The notes under the pieces were generated by a model that saw only the letters and a program-made list of their open reading frames with translations, did no database searches and had not been told where the DNA came from. A DNA stretch of 20,000 nt from an uncultured virus (IMG/VR IMGVR_UViG_3300044716_000940) (Duplodnaviria; Heunggongvirae; Uroviricota; Caudoviricetes). Position 1 is the first letter of the stretch, and each line of letters starts with the position of its first letter. The position numbers and the translations under genes were made by a program. The stretch lies in the IMG/VR virus record IMGVR_UViG_3300044716_000940, one strand, 5' to 3'. This document shows positions 1-8,254 of the stretch, piece after piece.

Positions 1-1
1 T

Positions 2-943
2 GAGCTTAAGCGTTACTTTATTTTAGATAAGGTAATTGGTATGATTGCTGAAGGCAAAGGCGCTTGGCTTACTCTTGTTGGTAACGATGGTCGTATGCAT
101 GGTCGTATCAATACGATTGGTGCTGCAACTACTCGCTGCACGCATAGTGGCCCAAATATGGCGCAAGTTCCGTCAGTTCGTAAACCGTTTGGTGAAGACT
201 GCCGTAGCTTCTTTCACGCTCCAAAAGGTTATAAACAAATCGGCACCGACTTGAATGCTATTGAGTTGCGCTGCTTTGCTCATTACCTTGGTGCTTATGA
301 TGATGGCGAATATACCAACATTATCTTAGGTGGTGATATTCACTGGGCTAACGCGGTAGCGGCAGGATTCCATCCTCCATTACCAGAAGGCCAAGCATAT
401 GATTCATCTAATAAAGAGCAAAAGCTTGCTCGTGATAGAGCAAAGACTTTGATTTATGCTATGATTTATGGCGCTGGCGATCCAAAGCTTGGACAGATTA
501 CTGGTGGTGGCTCAAAAGAAGGCAAAGCGATTCGTAAGAAACTTTATGAAAACTTTCCAGCGATTGAGAAACTTACCAATGATGTGAAGAAAGCTGCTGA
601 AAGCCGTGGCTCCATTAAACTTATGCATGGTGCACAGATACCTATTCGTAAAGCGTTTGCTGCTCTTAATACCTTATTACAAGGTGCTGGAGCTGTGATT
701 GCTAAAGAATGGTTGAACGTTGCTCGTGAGATGGCGGACGCTAAAGGTTGGGTTTATGATAAAGACTTTTGGTTCGCTGCACATATTCATGACGAAGTGC
801 AGGCATTTGCTAAAGATGAAATCGCAAAAGACTTTGCATATTTGATGGAAGCGGCTGCTCAAGAAGCAGGTGCAAGATTAGGTATGCGTTGTCGTGTTGA
901 TGCTGAAGCCAAAATTGGCACTAATTGGGCAGATTGCCACTAA
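2..943 (+). CDS. polA: Phage family A DNA polymerase, T7 gp5-like (C-terminal polymerase domain; 5' end lies outside the window)
   Basis: Frame is open from position 2. Motif A DLNAIELRCFAHY, motif B RDRAKTLIYAMIYG, motif C HIHDEVQ. GRINTIGAATTRCTHSGPNMAQVP and the C-terminal NWADCH closely resemble T7 gp5. Confidence 0.97.
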   Translation, partial: ELKRYFILDKVIGMIAEGKGAWLTLVGNDGRMHGRINTIGAATTRCTHSGPNMAQVPSVRKPFGEDCRSFFHAPKGYKQIGTDLNAIELRCFAHYLGAYDDGEYTNIILGGDIHWANAVAAGFHPPLPEGQAYDSSNKEQKLARDRAKTLIYAMIYGAGDPKLGQITGGGSKEGKAIRKKLYENFPAIEKLTNDVKKAAESRGSIKLMHGAQIPIRKAFAALNTLLQGAGAVIAKEWLNVAREMADAKGWVYDKDFWFAAHIHDEVQAFAKDEIAKDFAYLMEAAAQEAGARLGMRCRVDAEAKIGTNWADCH

Positions 944-956
944 TAGGAGAAACGCT

Positions 957-1223
957 GTGGAAATTAAACATATTCACATTATGCCGTTTATTGAGAATGG
1001 TGAATTGGTCGTAGATTTAAATATTGATGGCCAAGAAGTTGCTCCTGTAGCTCAAAAGCTTGAGATGATATTCGAAGAGTATTTAGATTATCGCCGTAAT
1101 CCTCACGATAGTAATTTGGATTCACAATATCGAGAAGAAACTGTAAATCTAATCGCAACTTTACGCTACATTGCTAAACAGCTTGAAGTTGAGACTGATG
1201 GCATGAGAAGGGAACTGCATTGA
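957..1223 (+). CDS. Hypothetical phage protein (88 aa, probable GTG start)
   Basis: AGGAGA RBS upstream of GTG at 957; fills the gap between polymerase and exonuclease; 4-nt overlap with the next gene. Confidence 0.7.
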   Translation: MEIKHIHIMPFIENGELVVDLNIDGQEVAPVAQKLEMIFEEYLDYRRNPHDSNLDSQYREETVNLIATLRYIAKQLEVETDGMRRELH

Positions 1224-1951
1224 AACTCGCCATCGATACTGATATTATCTTATTTCAAGCCTCCTTTGGAGCGCAAAATGTGCTTGATTGGGGAGACGTA
1301 AAATCGGTTGACGCTGATATTACGAAAGCAAAGAACACTGTTCGCTCTACGATAAAAGAATACCAATCTTTTACTGGAGTTAAAGAGTTTGTCCTATGCT
1401 TATCTTCGCCATCAAACTTTCGTAAAACAGTCTGGAAAGATTATAAAGCTAACCGTGTTAATGGCGATCGACCTGTTCTATTAGAAGAATTAAAAGAATG
1501 GGTTAAAGAGTCTTATCCCACAACCACGATTGAGCATTTAGAGGCTGACGATGTGCTTGGCATTTTAGCTACGAAATATCCTGGAGAATATATCCACTGT
1601 AGTATGGATAAAGACCTTCAGTGTATTCCTGGTAAAATGATGCACGTTAAGAAAAATCACAAACACTTACTTCTGGATATTACTCCTGAAATGGCTAAAC
1701 GCTTTCATTATCTACAAACAATGACAGGCGATGGCTGTGATGGCGTTCCGGGTATTTATGGTGTAGGTCCTGCAAAGGCAAATAAATATATGGATAAGTA
1801 TGGCGTTAAGTGGTCAACCGTCTTAAAATGCTATGAAGATAATAATGTTCCAGCCGAAGAAGCCGTACGTAATGCTATAATGGTTAAGATTTTAGACCAT
1901 GCGCATTATAACGATGGCGATATTAGGATTTGGGAGCCGCCGAATGATTGA
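1220..1951 (+). CDS. 5'-3' exonuclease / flap endonuclease, T7 gp6-like
   Basis: LAIDTD, NFRK...YKANR, LEADDVLG, SMDKDL, GDGCDGVPGIYGVGP (H3TH) motifs; adjacent to the polymerase. Confidence 0.95.
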   Translation: MKLAIDTDIILFQASFGAQNVLDWGDVKSVDADITKAKNTVRSTIKEYQSFTGVKEFVLCLSSPSNFRKTVWKDYKANRVNGDRPVLLEELKEWVKESYPTTTIEHLEADDVLGILATKYPGEYIHCSMDKDLQCIPGKMMHVKKNHKHLLLDITPEMAKRFHYLQTMTGDGCDGVPGIYGVGPAKANKYMDKYGVKWSTVLKCYEDNNVPAEEAVRNAIMVKILDHAHYNDGDIRIWEPPND

Positions 1952-2201
1952 GCAAAGTATTACTGAATTGCTTTCATCATATAATAAAACGTTTCTGGAG
2001 GTGCATGGATACAGAGCACCGTATTTTCCACCGACAGTTACGCATGAATGGCTATTAGACCAGCTACACGCTCTTCAATGGTATGCTCGCTATGAGCATG
2101 CTTTGATGGGCACAAGAGCAGAAGAAGCTGAAAAGCGAAAGCCAAAAGAAGTTGTGCAAAAGAAACGTAAAGTAGAAAAGAAAGTAAACCCATTTATATA
2201 A
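1944..2201 (+). CDS. Hypothetical protein with Lys-rich C-terminus (85 aa)
   Basis: ATG at 1944 overlaps the exonuclease end and follows GGGAG; operon packing. Confidence 0.65.
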   Translation: MIEQSITELLSSYNKTFLEVHGYRAPYFPPTVTHEWLLDQLHALQWYARYEHALMGTRAEEAEKRKPKEVVQKKRKVEKKVNPFI

Positions 2202-2208
2202 GGATTTT

Positions 2209-3276
2209 ATGACTAAACCAAAGTTGTTGATAACCGGTATGAATAAATCGCAGTGCACTCCAAACTTTTGGAAGCGCCAGCAGATTAAACTTGCTACACA
2301 TTACTCTATTTTAGCAGCATTGCCCGATATGGGTTATGATGTTGAACAGAGGCCTGTAGAATTAGGCGAAGATTTATCGAAATATGACAAAGTTATTGTG
2401 TATATCCACTCGCCATCAGGCTTTGCTGGGTTTGTATATAACTCGTTGTATGCGATTGCTAAACGACCTGATTGCATTGTCGCCATTGATGATTGGCAAA
2501 CAGATAGCATCTTTAAAGGTGTGGCTGATTTAACCGAGGATGTGCGATTATTTAGGCAATATGTAGTAGATAGCCATGAATCGCTTCCACCAAATTGGGA
2601 GCAATACAAGCAAGTTATTCGTGATGGCGTAGCCGCTGTCGTCGGTAAAACGCATAAGATGCTCTTCCCAGTATTTGCTGGTGGAGAAGTGTCTAAGCTC
2701 TTACCTGTAGAATATAATAAAGACTTGCTCTTTGGTTATAATCCAAATCCATATCATTTAAACCGCAAGCCGGGTGCTTATGGTGATAGTATGGAACCTG
2801 ATGGGACCTCACACGTTCCGTTCGAGGCTAAAGAAAAGGTATTCAACTTCGCTTCTCTCGTGCAAGGCAAGACCGCTAAGTGGTTGAAAAAGCAAGAGAT
2901 TAAGAATTGGGATACGAAGTATTATGGCTCTCGTAAAGATGGCCAAGATCGCTTAACAGATGAAGAGATGTGTAAAGTATTTGCTCAACATTGGGCTAGC
3001 TTATTGCCGGGTTATTGGCATGCTGGATCCGGTTGGTGGAGATTCCGCCATTTGCAAGTAGCTGACGCTAACTCTATCTTAATTGGCGATCCAACTGAGC
3101 TTAAGATTTTATACCGCGATGAGTCGTTGTGTAATCTTAAAGCCTCTGATCTTGAAAGTATGGACTTAGCGCAGCTTACCGCCATCGCATTAGGCCAAAA
3201 AGAAGCGTTATATGCAAACCATCCATTAAGTAAAGAGACCGAGCGCTTAGAGCTCCGAGCAGCTCTTGAATCATAA
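2209..3276 (+). CDS. Putative GT-B glycosyltransferase, T4 beta-glucosyltransferase-like (possible DNA base modification)
   Basis: 355 aa; Rossmann-like N-terminus (LLITG...YDVE...YDKVIV...IVAIDD); C-terminal ASLLPGY...WWRFRHLQVADANSILIGD resembles the BGT/CgeB-type R-x-x-E/Q-x-x-x-x-x-x-hhh-D segment; located in the replication module; AAGGA RBS. Confidence 0.55.
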   Translation: MTKPKLLITGMNKSQCTPNFWKRQQIKLATHYSILAALPDMGYDVEQRPVELGEDLSKYDKVIVYIHSPSGFAGFVYNSLYAIAKRPDCIVAIDDWQTDSIFKGVADLTEDVRLFRQYVVDSHESLPPNWEQYKQVIRDGVAAVVGKTHKMLFPVFAGGEVSKLLPVEYNKDLLFGYNPNPYHLNRKPGAYGDSMEPDGTSHVPFEAKEKVFNFASLVQGKTAKWLKKQEIKNWDTKYYGSRKDGQDRLTDEEMCKVFAQHWASLLPGYWHAGSGWWRFRHLQVADANSILIGDPTELKILYRDESLCNLKASDLESMDLAQLTAIALGQKEALYANHPLSKETERLELRAALES

Positions 3277-3277
3277 C

Positions 3278-3401
3278 CAGGTTGACTAGATGGGCACCTA
3301 TCACTCTCAACGGCATTCCTTATAGTAACATATAAGCTATGCTATTGATGGCGACCAGGACCCATTTAAGAGAAATTCTCCTGGAAATTCAAGTGCACCT
3401 G
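3278..3401 (+). ncRNA. Candidate structured (pseudoknotted) intergenic RNA
   Basis: Nested stems 3278-82/3397-3401, 3290-94/3361-65, 3298-3303/3346-51, 3312-16/3339-43, 3319-24/3331-36, plus crossing pair CCAGGA 3355-60/TCCTGG 3379-84. Confidence 0.4.
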
Positions 3402-3455
3402 TAATGGGCTTTGCCCGTAGACCTCATAAATCAATATTTACAAGGAATAAATAAT

Positions 3456-3728
3456 ATGAATCAACCAACAGAACGCGAAGCGCTGCCACCAGAAGTAGTG
3501 GAAGCTGCTCGCAAATCGCTAGTGATTAGTCTGCCTGACGCATTAGCTGCTTTGTCAGCTTATGACTCAGCGTTTGTCCCTATCCTTACTGGTGCGGTTG
3601 CCGAAGCCGAGACGAACTTAAAACTTCGTGCTGCTTTAAATCGCTTGCTATTCTCAAGCCGTAATCAGACATTTGCTTATAGCTGCAAAGAAGAATTAGC
3701 GAAGTATAAGGAGAAACAGAATGGCTAA
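3456..3728 (+). CDS. Hypothetical protein (90 aa)
   Basis: AAGGA RBS before ATG 3456; overlaps the start of the next gene. Confidence 0.75.
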   Translation: MNQPTEREALPPEVVEAARKSLVISLPDALAALSAYDSAFVPILTGAVAEAETNLKLRAALNRLLFSSRNQTFAYSCKEELAKYKEKQNG

Positions 3729-4098
3729 GAAAAAGCCAATCACTAAAACCTATAAGACCATCACCGAAAATCCCGAAGTCTTTGATCCAGGCTATACGCT
3801 TGTCTCAGAGATTGTGGACAATCCTGACGGTTCTTCAACTATCCAACTCGAGTTTACTCAAGACCAAAAAGATATTCTATTTGACGTATGCCTTCGCAAC
3901 GGCTTAGTCAATGGTCTTAAAGCACTTGACGCGGACTCCGCTCATTATGCGAATTTGCTTGGCGCTGTTGCAGCAGCCAATCAGTTTGCAAAGCTAGCGA
4001 CCAAATGGGAGACATCTGACACAATGGACTGGTCTCCTAAGGTTTCTAAAGCACTCTCCAAGTTGAATGAAGCATTGGAGAAAATAGAGCGCTCATAA
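3721..4098 (+). CDS. Hypothetical protein (125 aa)
   Basis: AAGGAG RBS; operon packing. Confidence 0.8.
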   Translation: MAKKKPITKTYKTITENPEVFDPGYTLVSEIVDNPDGSSTIQLEFTQDQKDILFDVCLRNGLVNGLKALDADSAHYANLLGAVAAANQFAKLATKWETSDTMDWSPKVSKALSKLNEALEKIERS

Positions 4099-4108
4099 AG
4101 GAAATATT

Positions 4109-4609
4109 ATGCGAAGAAGTATCATTGCATTGCTAATGTCATTATCGATTTCATCTTCTGCCATCGCAGAGGAAGTGTTATTCAAACACAAAGTAGTAGA
4201 GTTTATTGAAAACACGTATAAAATCAGTAATGCCAAAACCATCGTTGATTATGTATTCGAAATAGCAGATCGAAAGAGGATTGACCCAACACTAGTTTTA
4301 GGTATCATCACCGTTGAGTCGAGATTCCAAACAAATGCGAGAAACCCGAGTGGTGCGACAGGCCTTATGCAGGTTTTATTGCCTATGCATTGCAAACGTT
4401 TTCCAGCCCCAACTCAAAGAGAATGTAAAGCATTAGCTCACGATCCATATCAAAACATCGATGCTGGAACGGACATTCTAATAGAGTTTAATGGCGACTT
4501 ACGTCGTTATTCTGGAGGAGCTACAGCATATAAAGCCAAAGTAACAAAGGCACAAGATGAATTTTATAAACTATATAAGGAAATAAACAATGGAGCAGGT
4601 TATTATTAA
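4109..4609 (+). CDS. SLT-family lytic transglycosylase with N-terminal signal peptide
   Basis: IDPTLVLGIITVESRF (catalytic Glu), GATGLMQV, DPYQNIDAGT, RRYSGG motifs; signal-like MRRSIIALLMSLSISSSAIA. Confidence 0.9.
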   Translation: MRRSIIALLMSLSISSSAIAEEVLFKHKVVEFIENTYKISNAKTIVDYVFEIADRKRIDPTLVLGIITVESRFQTNARNPSGATGLMQVLLPMHCKRFPAPTQRECKALAHDPYQNIDAGTDILIEFNGDLRRYSGGATAYKAKVTKAQDEFYKLYKEINNGAGYY

Positions 4610-4817
4610 ACACAGAGTCGAAGCTGATATCAATAATCCAAATTGGGTGTATATTCCATCGAACCAAACGAACGTTAAAGAGCGTTTCGAAGACGCAGGT
4701 CATAAATTTAAAGACGTAATGTTTCGTAAGGTCTATGATTTCACAGGCTTAGACTATTGGGCATGGCAAATTACACACTTAGAGGAAAAAGATGAGCGTT
4801 CCAAAGCAGCTGCTTGA
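4590..4817 (+). CDS. Hypothetical protein (75 aa)
   Basis: AAGGA RBS; overlaps neighbours in operon fashion. Confidence 0.7.
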   Translation: MEQVIIKHRVEADINNPNWVYIPSNQTNVKERFEDAGHKFKDVMFRKVYDFTGLDYWAWQITHLEEKDERSKAAA

Positions 4818-4956
4818 CGAGTACGAAGAATTCTTTATTCTACCAAACGTCGCTCTCTTGTTTAAGAAAGTGCCTAGTGCACAGACTTTACAAGAGCTGC
4901 GCGAGCTAATCGATGTATTAGAAGAAACAAATAAAGAATTTCCAATAGCATATTAA
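4792..4956 (+). CDS. Small hypothetical protein (54 aa, not in ORF track)
   Basis: GAGGA RBS, ATG 4792, MSVPKQLLDEYEEFF...FPIAY*; fills the gap. Confidence 0.6.
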   Translation: MSVPKQLLDEYEEFFILPNVALLFKKVPSAQTLQELRELIDVLEETNKEFPIAY

Positions 4957-4974
4957 ATTTTATAAGGAAATATT

Positions 4975-5445
4975 ATGACGTGTATTATTGGTGACGCAGA
5001 GCGTATGATATTAGTCTCAGATTCGCAAGTTTCTGATGAAGATTCAAGCACTAAATCATACAAATGTGAGAAGATATTTAAACTTAACGATGGCTCCTTA
5101 CTCGGAGTAGCGGGTGATATTCGCTCTGAAGAGAAGGTCATTGATTGGTTTAATAAAGGTTGTCCAAAAGGCGACAAACCAGAAATCAAAGAAGAGCATG
5201 ATTGTGATTTTATGCGACTTACTGAAGATGGTTTATTCTTATCTGATAAGAGTTTAGAATTTTGGCGAGTTAAATCTCACGATGGAATAGGAAGCGGACA
5301 AGCGATTGCGCTAGGAGCTATGCTCTTAGGCCATTCAGCTGAAGAAGCCGTATGGGCTGCTACGCAAATTGATATGCACACTGGCGGAAACGTTGTTGTG
5401 TATGAGATTGGTAAGCGACCAAAGATTTATCATAAAAAGAGCTAA
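4975..5445 (+). CDS. Proteasome-beta/HslV-like Ntn hydrolase (Thr nucleophile)
   Basis: M-T-C-I-I-G start (Thr1 after Met removal), SDSQ, conserved Lys in CEKIF, GVAG, GIGSG...ALGAM, DMHTGG motifs. Confidence 0.85.
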   Translation: MTCIIGDAERMILVSDSQVSDEDSSTKSYKCEKIFKLNDGSLLGVAGDIRSEEKVIDWFNKGCPKGDKPEIKEEHDCDFMRLTEDGLFLSDKSLEFWRVKSHDGIGSGQAIALGAMLLGHSAEEAVWAATQIDMHTGGNVVVYEIGKRPKIYHKKS

Positions 5446-5489
5446 TGGCGTTTGCCATACAGACTATAACCAACTAAGGAGTATTAAAT

Positions 5490-5762
5490 ATGTTTGATTT
5501 TTTCAACACAAAACAGAATTTCGAAACCGCAATGCGCGATATCGAAGCTCGCTTTGAAGCCGCCCTCGAAGGCTTTAAGCAAGCCCAAGTAATGCCAATC
5601 GTAACGCAAAGCGATGACTTAGTGACCATGACTTTTCGCGGTCCTAACGTTACCACAACCATCACCACTACACAGGTGAAAATGCCTGAAGTATTAAAGC
5701 AATTTGGCTTGGAAATCCCAACCGTTGCTAAAAAGAGTAGGGCTAAAAATGCCAAATCCTAA
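5490..5762 (+). CDS. Hypothetical protein (90 aa)
   Basis: TAAGGAG RBS. Confidence 0.75.
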   Translation: MFDFFNTKQNFETAMRDIEARFEAALEGFKQAQVMPIVTQSDDLVTMTFRGPNVTTTITTTQVKMPEVLKQFGLEIPTVAKKSRAKNAKS

Positions 5763-5856
5763 GATCGAAGATAAGTTTAGCGAGCGTCAGTTTTACGCGC
5801 TAAGCGTATTAGCCATTGGTCTGACGATTGTAGGCTTTTATTTATTATTTAGTTAA
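5749..5856 (+). CDS. Small single-TM protein (35 aa, not in ORF track)
   Basis: MPNPKIEDKFSERQFYALSVLAIGLTIVGFYLLFS*; overlaps the previous stop. Confidence 0.5.
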   Translation: MPNPKIEDKFSERQFYALSVLAIGLTIVGFYLLFS

Positions 5857-5858
5857 GT

Positions 5859-5899
5859 AATACACCGAGTCCATTCGCAAGAGTGGGCTCCAATGTATT
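5859..5899 (+). promoter_or_regulatory. Extended GNRA-capped hairpin (terminator or RNase III-type processing site)
   Basis: GAGTCCATTC-GCAA-GAGTGGGCTC 10-bp stem (2 G-U) plus lower stem AATACA/TGTATT, followed by a T-rich run. Confidence 0.5.
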
Positions 5900-5924
5900 T
5901 CTTTAAAAGCACTTGGAGATTATA

Positions 5925-6170
5925 ATGACAGTGAACTTTGCACGACTTAATTGCGAAAGTGGATGTTGCCTTGATAAGGTAAAGCATCTCTCTGAGCAAA
6001 TATTTAACCAGCAGGATGAGATGTATAACGCTCTTGCTGAAGAGAATATCGAGTTAGGTAATTTCGTAGTTGATGAGATTATGCCTTACTTAGAAGCACG
6101 CGCTCAGTCGCACGATCATAGAGCCCAAGATTTAATGGTCGCTTTAATGACCCTATTGAGAGGCGTATAA
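5925..6170 (+). CDS. Hypothetical protein (81 aa; CxxxCC near the N-terminus)
   Basis: GGAG RBS before ATG 5925; TAATG coupling to the desaturase. Confidence 0.7.
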   Translation: MTVNFARLNCESGCCLDKVKHLSEQIFNQQDEMYNALAEENIELGNFVVDEIMPYLEARAQSHDHRAQDLMVALMTLLRGV

Positions 6171-6874
6171 TGATTGAATTACTTTACTTACTGATAACAA
6201 CTCATATAACGATCGTCTGCGTAACTTTGTATTTACACAGAGGTCAGGCCCATAGAGGTTTTACGTTTAATCGGTATGTAGAGCACTTCATGCGATTTTG
6301 GCTATGGTTAACGACAGGTATGGTGACTAAAGAATGGGTCGCTATACACCGCAAACATCACAGCAAATGCGATAAGCAAGGCGATCCACATTCACCGCAT
6401 AATGAAGGCATTTGGAAGATTCTGTTTGGTGGCGCGTTTTACTACGCTAACGCCTCAACAGATAAGCAAATGGTAAACTCTTATGGTGTTGGAACGCCAG
6501 ACGATTGGATGGAACGCAACGTATATAGTAAATATCAGTTAGCAGGAGTAATGCTGCTGTTGGTTATCAATACACTCTTGTTCAATGGATGGGGCATAGT
6601 AATATGGCTTATTCAGATGGCATGGATTCCGTTCTGGGCTGCTGGCGTCGTGAACGGTCTTGGACATTACATTGGCTACCGCAATACTGACACAAAAGAT
6701 TACTCAACTAACTTGAGTCCTTTTGGAATTATTATTGGTGGCGAAGAGCTCCACAACAATCATCACGAAAACCCAGCAAATCCCAAGCTAAGCCGTAAAT
6801 GGTTTGAGTTTGATATTGGATGGATGTGGTATAAGATACTCAATCGATTTGGGTTGATGAAATTAAGGAATTAA
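6170..6874 (+). CDS. Membrane fatty-acid desaturase (delta-9/DesA-like), copy 1
   Basis: His boxes HRGQAH, HRKHH, GEELHNNHH; DPHSP; WFEFDIGW; hydrophobic TM segments. Confidence 0.95.
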   Translation: MIELLYLLITTHITIVCVTLYLHRGQAHRGFTFNRYVEHFMRFWLWLTTGMVTKEWVAIHRKHHSKCDKQGDPHSPHNEGIWKILFGGAFYYANASTDKQMVNSYGVGTPDDWMERNVYSKYQLAGVMLLLVINTLLFNGWGIVIWLIQMAWIPFWAAGVVNGLGHYIGYRNTDTKDYSTNLSPFGIIIGGEELHNNHHENPANPKLSRKWFEFDIGWMWYKILNRFGLMKLRN

Positions 6875-6875
6875 C

Positions 6876-7259
6876 ATGGCTTATTCAGACAAAGTAATAG
6901 ACCATTACGAAAACCCACGCAACGTAGGCTCATTCGATAAAGGCGATCCAACGATCGGCACTGGAATGGTTGGCGCTCCTGCTTGTGGTGACGTAATGAA
7001 ACTCCAAATAAAGGTAGAAGATGGTATTATTAGAGATGCTCGTTTCAAGACATATGGATGCGGTTCAGCAATTGCGTCAAGCTCGCTCGTCACGGAGTGG
7101 GTCAAAGGTAAAACGTTGGCTGAAGCTGGCGCTATTAAGAACAGTGAGATTGCAGAAGAACTGGCCTTACCACCTGTAAAAATCCATTGCTCAATCTTAG
7201 CAGAAGACGCTGTGAAAGCAGCAATACACGATTACGAGGTAAAATGCAAATGCTCATAG
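6876..7259 (+). CDS. iscU: Fe-S cluster scaffold IscU
   Basis: MAYSDKVIDHYENPRNVG, GAPACGDVM, GCGSAIASSS, LPPVKIHCS (HscA-binding LPPVK; three conserved Cys). Confidence 0.98.
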   Translation: MAYSDKVIDHYENPRNVGSFDKGDPTIGTGMVGAPACGDVMKLQIKVEDGIIRDARFKTYGCGSAIASSSLVTEWVKGKTLAEAGAIKNSEIAEELALPPVKIHCSILAEDAVKAAIHDYEVKCKCS

Positions 7260-7555
7260 TAACAGATAGCGCAGCAAATCAAATTAGCGAAGTGCTTACC
7301 GACGGCGGTAAATACGTTAGAGCTTTTATAGAAGGTGGCGGTTGCTCAGGATTTAATTATGGGTTTAGCATTGAAGATGAGAAAGAAGACGATGACTTTG
7401 TTATCGGCCAACTCATTGTAGACTCTATGAGTATGCAATACTTTACCGGTGCCACGATCGATTACATTAGTGACCGATTAAAAGGCTCGCAGTTTACCAT
7501 CAATAATCCTAACGCCAAGTCTACATGTGGCTGCGGGAGCTCATTCGCAGTATAA
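7250..7555 (+). CDS. erpA: A-type Fe-S carrier (ErpA/IscA family)
   Basis: GGGCSGFNYGF, VDSMSMQY, NPNAKSTCGCGSSF; GAGGT RBS; start at 7250 or 7244. Confidence 0.92.
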   Translation: MLIVTDSAANQISEVLTDGGKYVRAFIEGGGCSGFNYGFSIEDEKEDDDFVIGQLIVDSMSMQYFTGATIDYISDRLKGSQFTINNPNAKSTCGCGSSFAV

Positions 7556-7571
7556 ATAATATAAGGACAAA

Positions 7572-7973
7572 ATGAAAACACAAACCTATATAGAGATTGC
7601 TAATATTATCTCTAAAGAAAGTAAAGCGGTTAACGCTAAAGTAGGAGCCATTGCGGTTGTAGATGGACGTATTGTAGCATGTGGCTATAATGGCACGCCA
7701 CCTGGATTTAATAATAAATGTGAGGATGAAAATGGAGTTACTAAAAAAGAAGTTATTCATGCGGAATCTAACATTGTCGCATTTGCTAGCAAGCATGGTG
7801 TCAGCCTTCGCGGTGCTGATGTGTATTGCACTCTATCTCCTTGCGTTCCCTGTGCTGCTCTGCTTAGCGCTGCTGGAGTCTCTCGTTACTACTACCGGGA
7901 CGCTTATCGTGATAGCACTGGGCTGCATTTACTTGCTGACCTTGGTATAGAAGCCATTCATGTGGATGGTTAA
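7572..7973 (+). CDS. dCMP deaminase (ComEB/T4 cd family)
   Basis: VGA...GYNGTPPG, HAE and TLSPCVPC zinc motifs. Confidence 0.95.
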   Translation: MKTQTYIEIANIISKESKAVNAKVGAIAVVDGRIVACGYNGTPPGFNNKCEDENGVTKKEVIHAESNIVAFASKHGVSLRGADVYCTLSPCVPCAALLSAAGVSRYYYRDAYRDSTGLHLLADLGIEAIHVDG

Positions 7974-8124
7974 GAAGTTTTTGTTAGAGCTGTTGGAGTC
8001 TATAATACTCTCCATTATTCTTATAGCGCTGGTCGCTGGAGGATTATGGATTGCATTTAGTGTAGCAATATTTATTATGGATGTTCTTCCAACCCTTAAT
8101 TTTTTGGAGCACTTTGACAGATGA
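7966..8124 (+). CDS. Small membrane protein (52 aa, not in ORF track)
   Basis: MVKKFLLELLESIILSIILIALVAGGLWIAFSVAIFIMDV...; overlapping start/stop junctions. Confidence 0.55.
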   Translation: MVKKFLLELLESIILSIILIALVAGGLWIAFSVAIFIMDVLPTLNFLEHFDR

Positions 8125-8246
8125 AAAACAATTGGAAGTGGGGCAGCGATGCCTGTAACGAACGCCGACTATATCGCATTAAAGGCACAATGATTATTAT
8201 TGGAGCAGCGATAGTCGCAACATTTATAATTGCAGTACTAAGTTAA
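8121..8246 (+). CDS. Small membrane protein (41 aa, not in ORF track)
   Basis: ATGA overlap; C-terminal TM segment MIIIGAAIVATFIIAVLS. Confidence 0.55.
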   Translation: MKNNWKWGSDACNERRLYRIKGTMIIIGAAIVATFIIAVLS

Positions 8247-8254
8247 GGAATAAT

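Noticed and set aside
5870..5890. CCATTC-GCAA-GAGTGGG resembles the P2 hairpin of c-di-GMP-I riboswitches
   Set aside because: The flanking GGCAAA and GACGCAAAGC consensus and P3 are absent.
7551..7558. TATAAATA, the T4 late-promoter consensus
   Set aside because: Single occurrence noticed, in an AT-rich stop/RBS spacer; no T4-like genes in the window.
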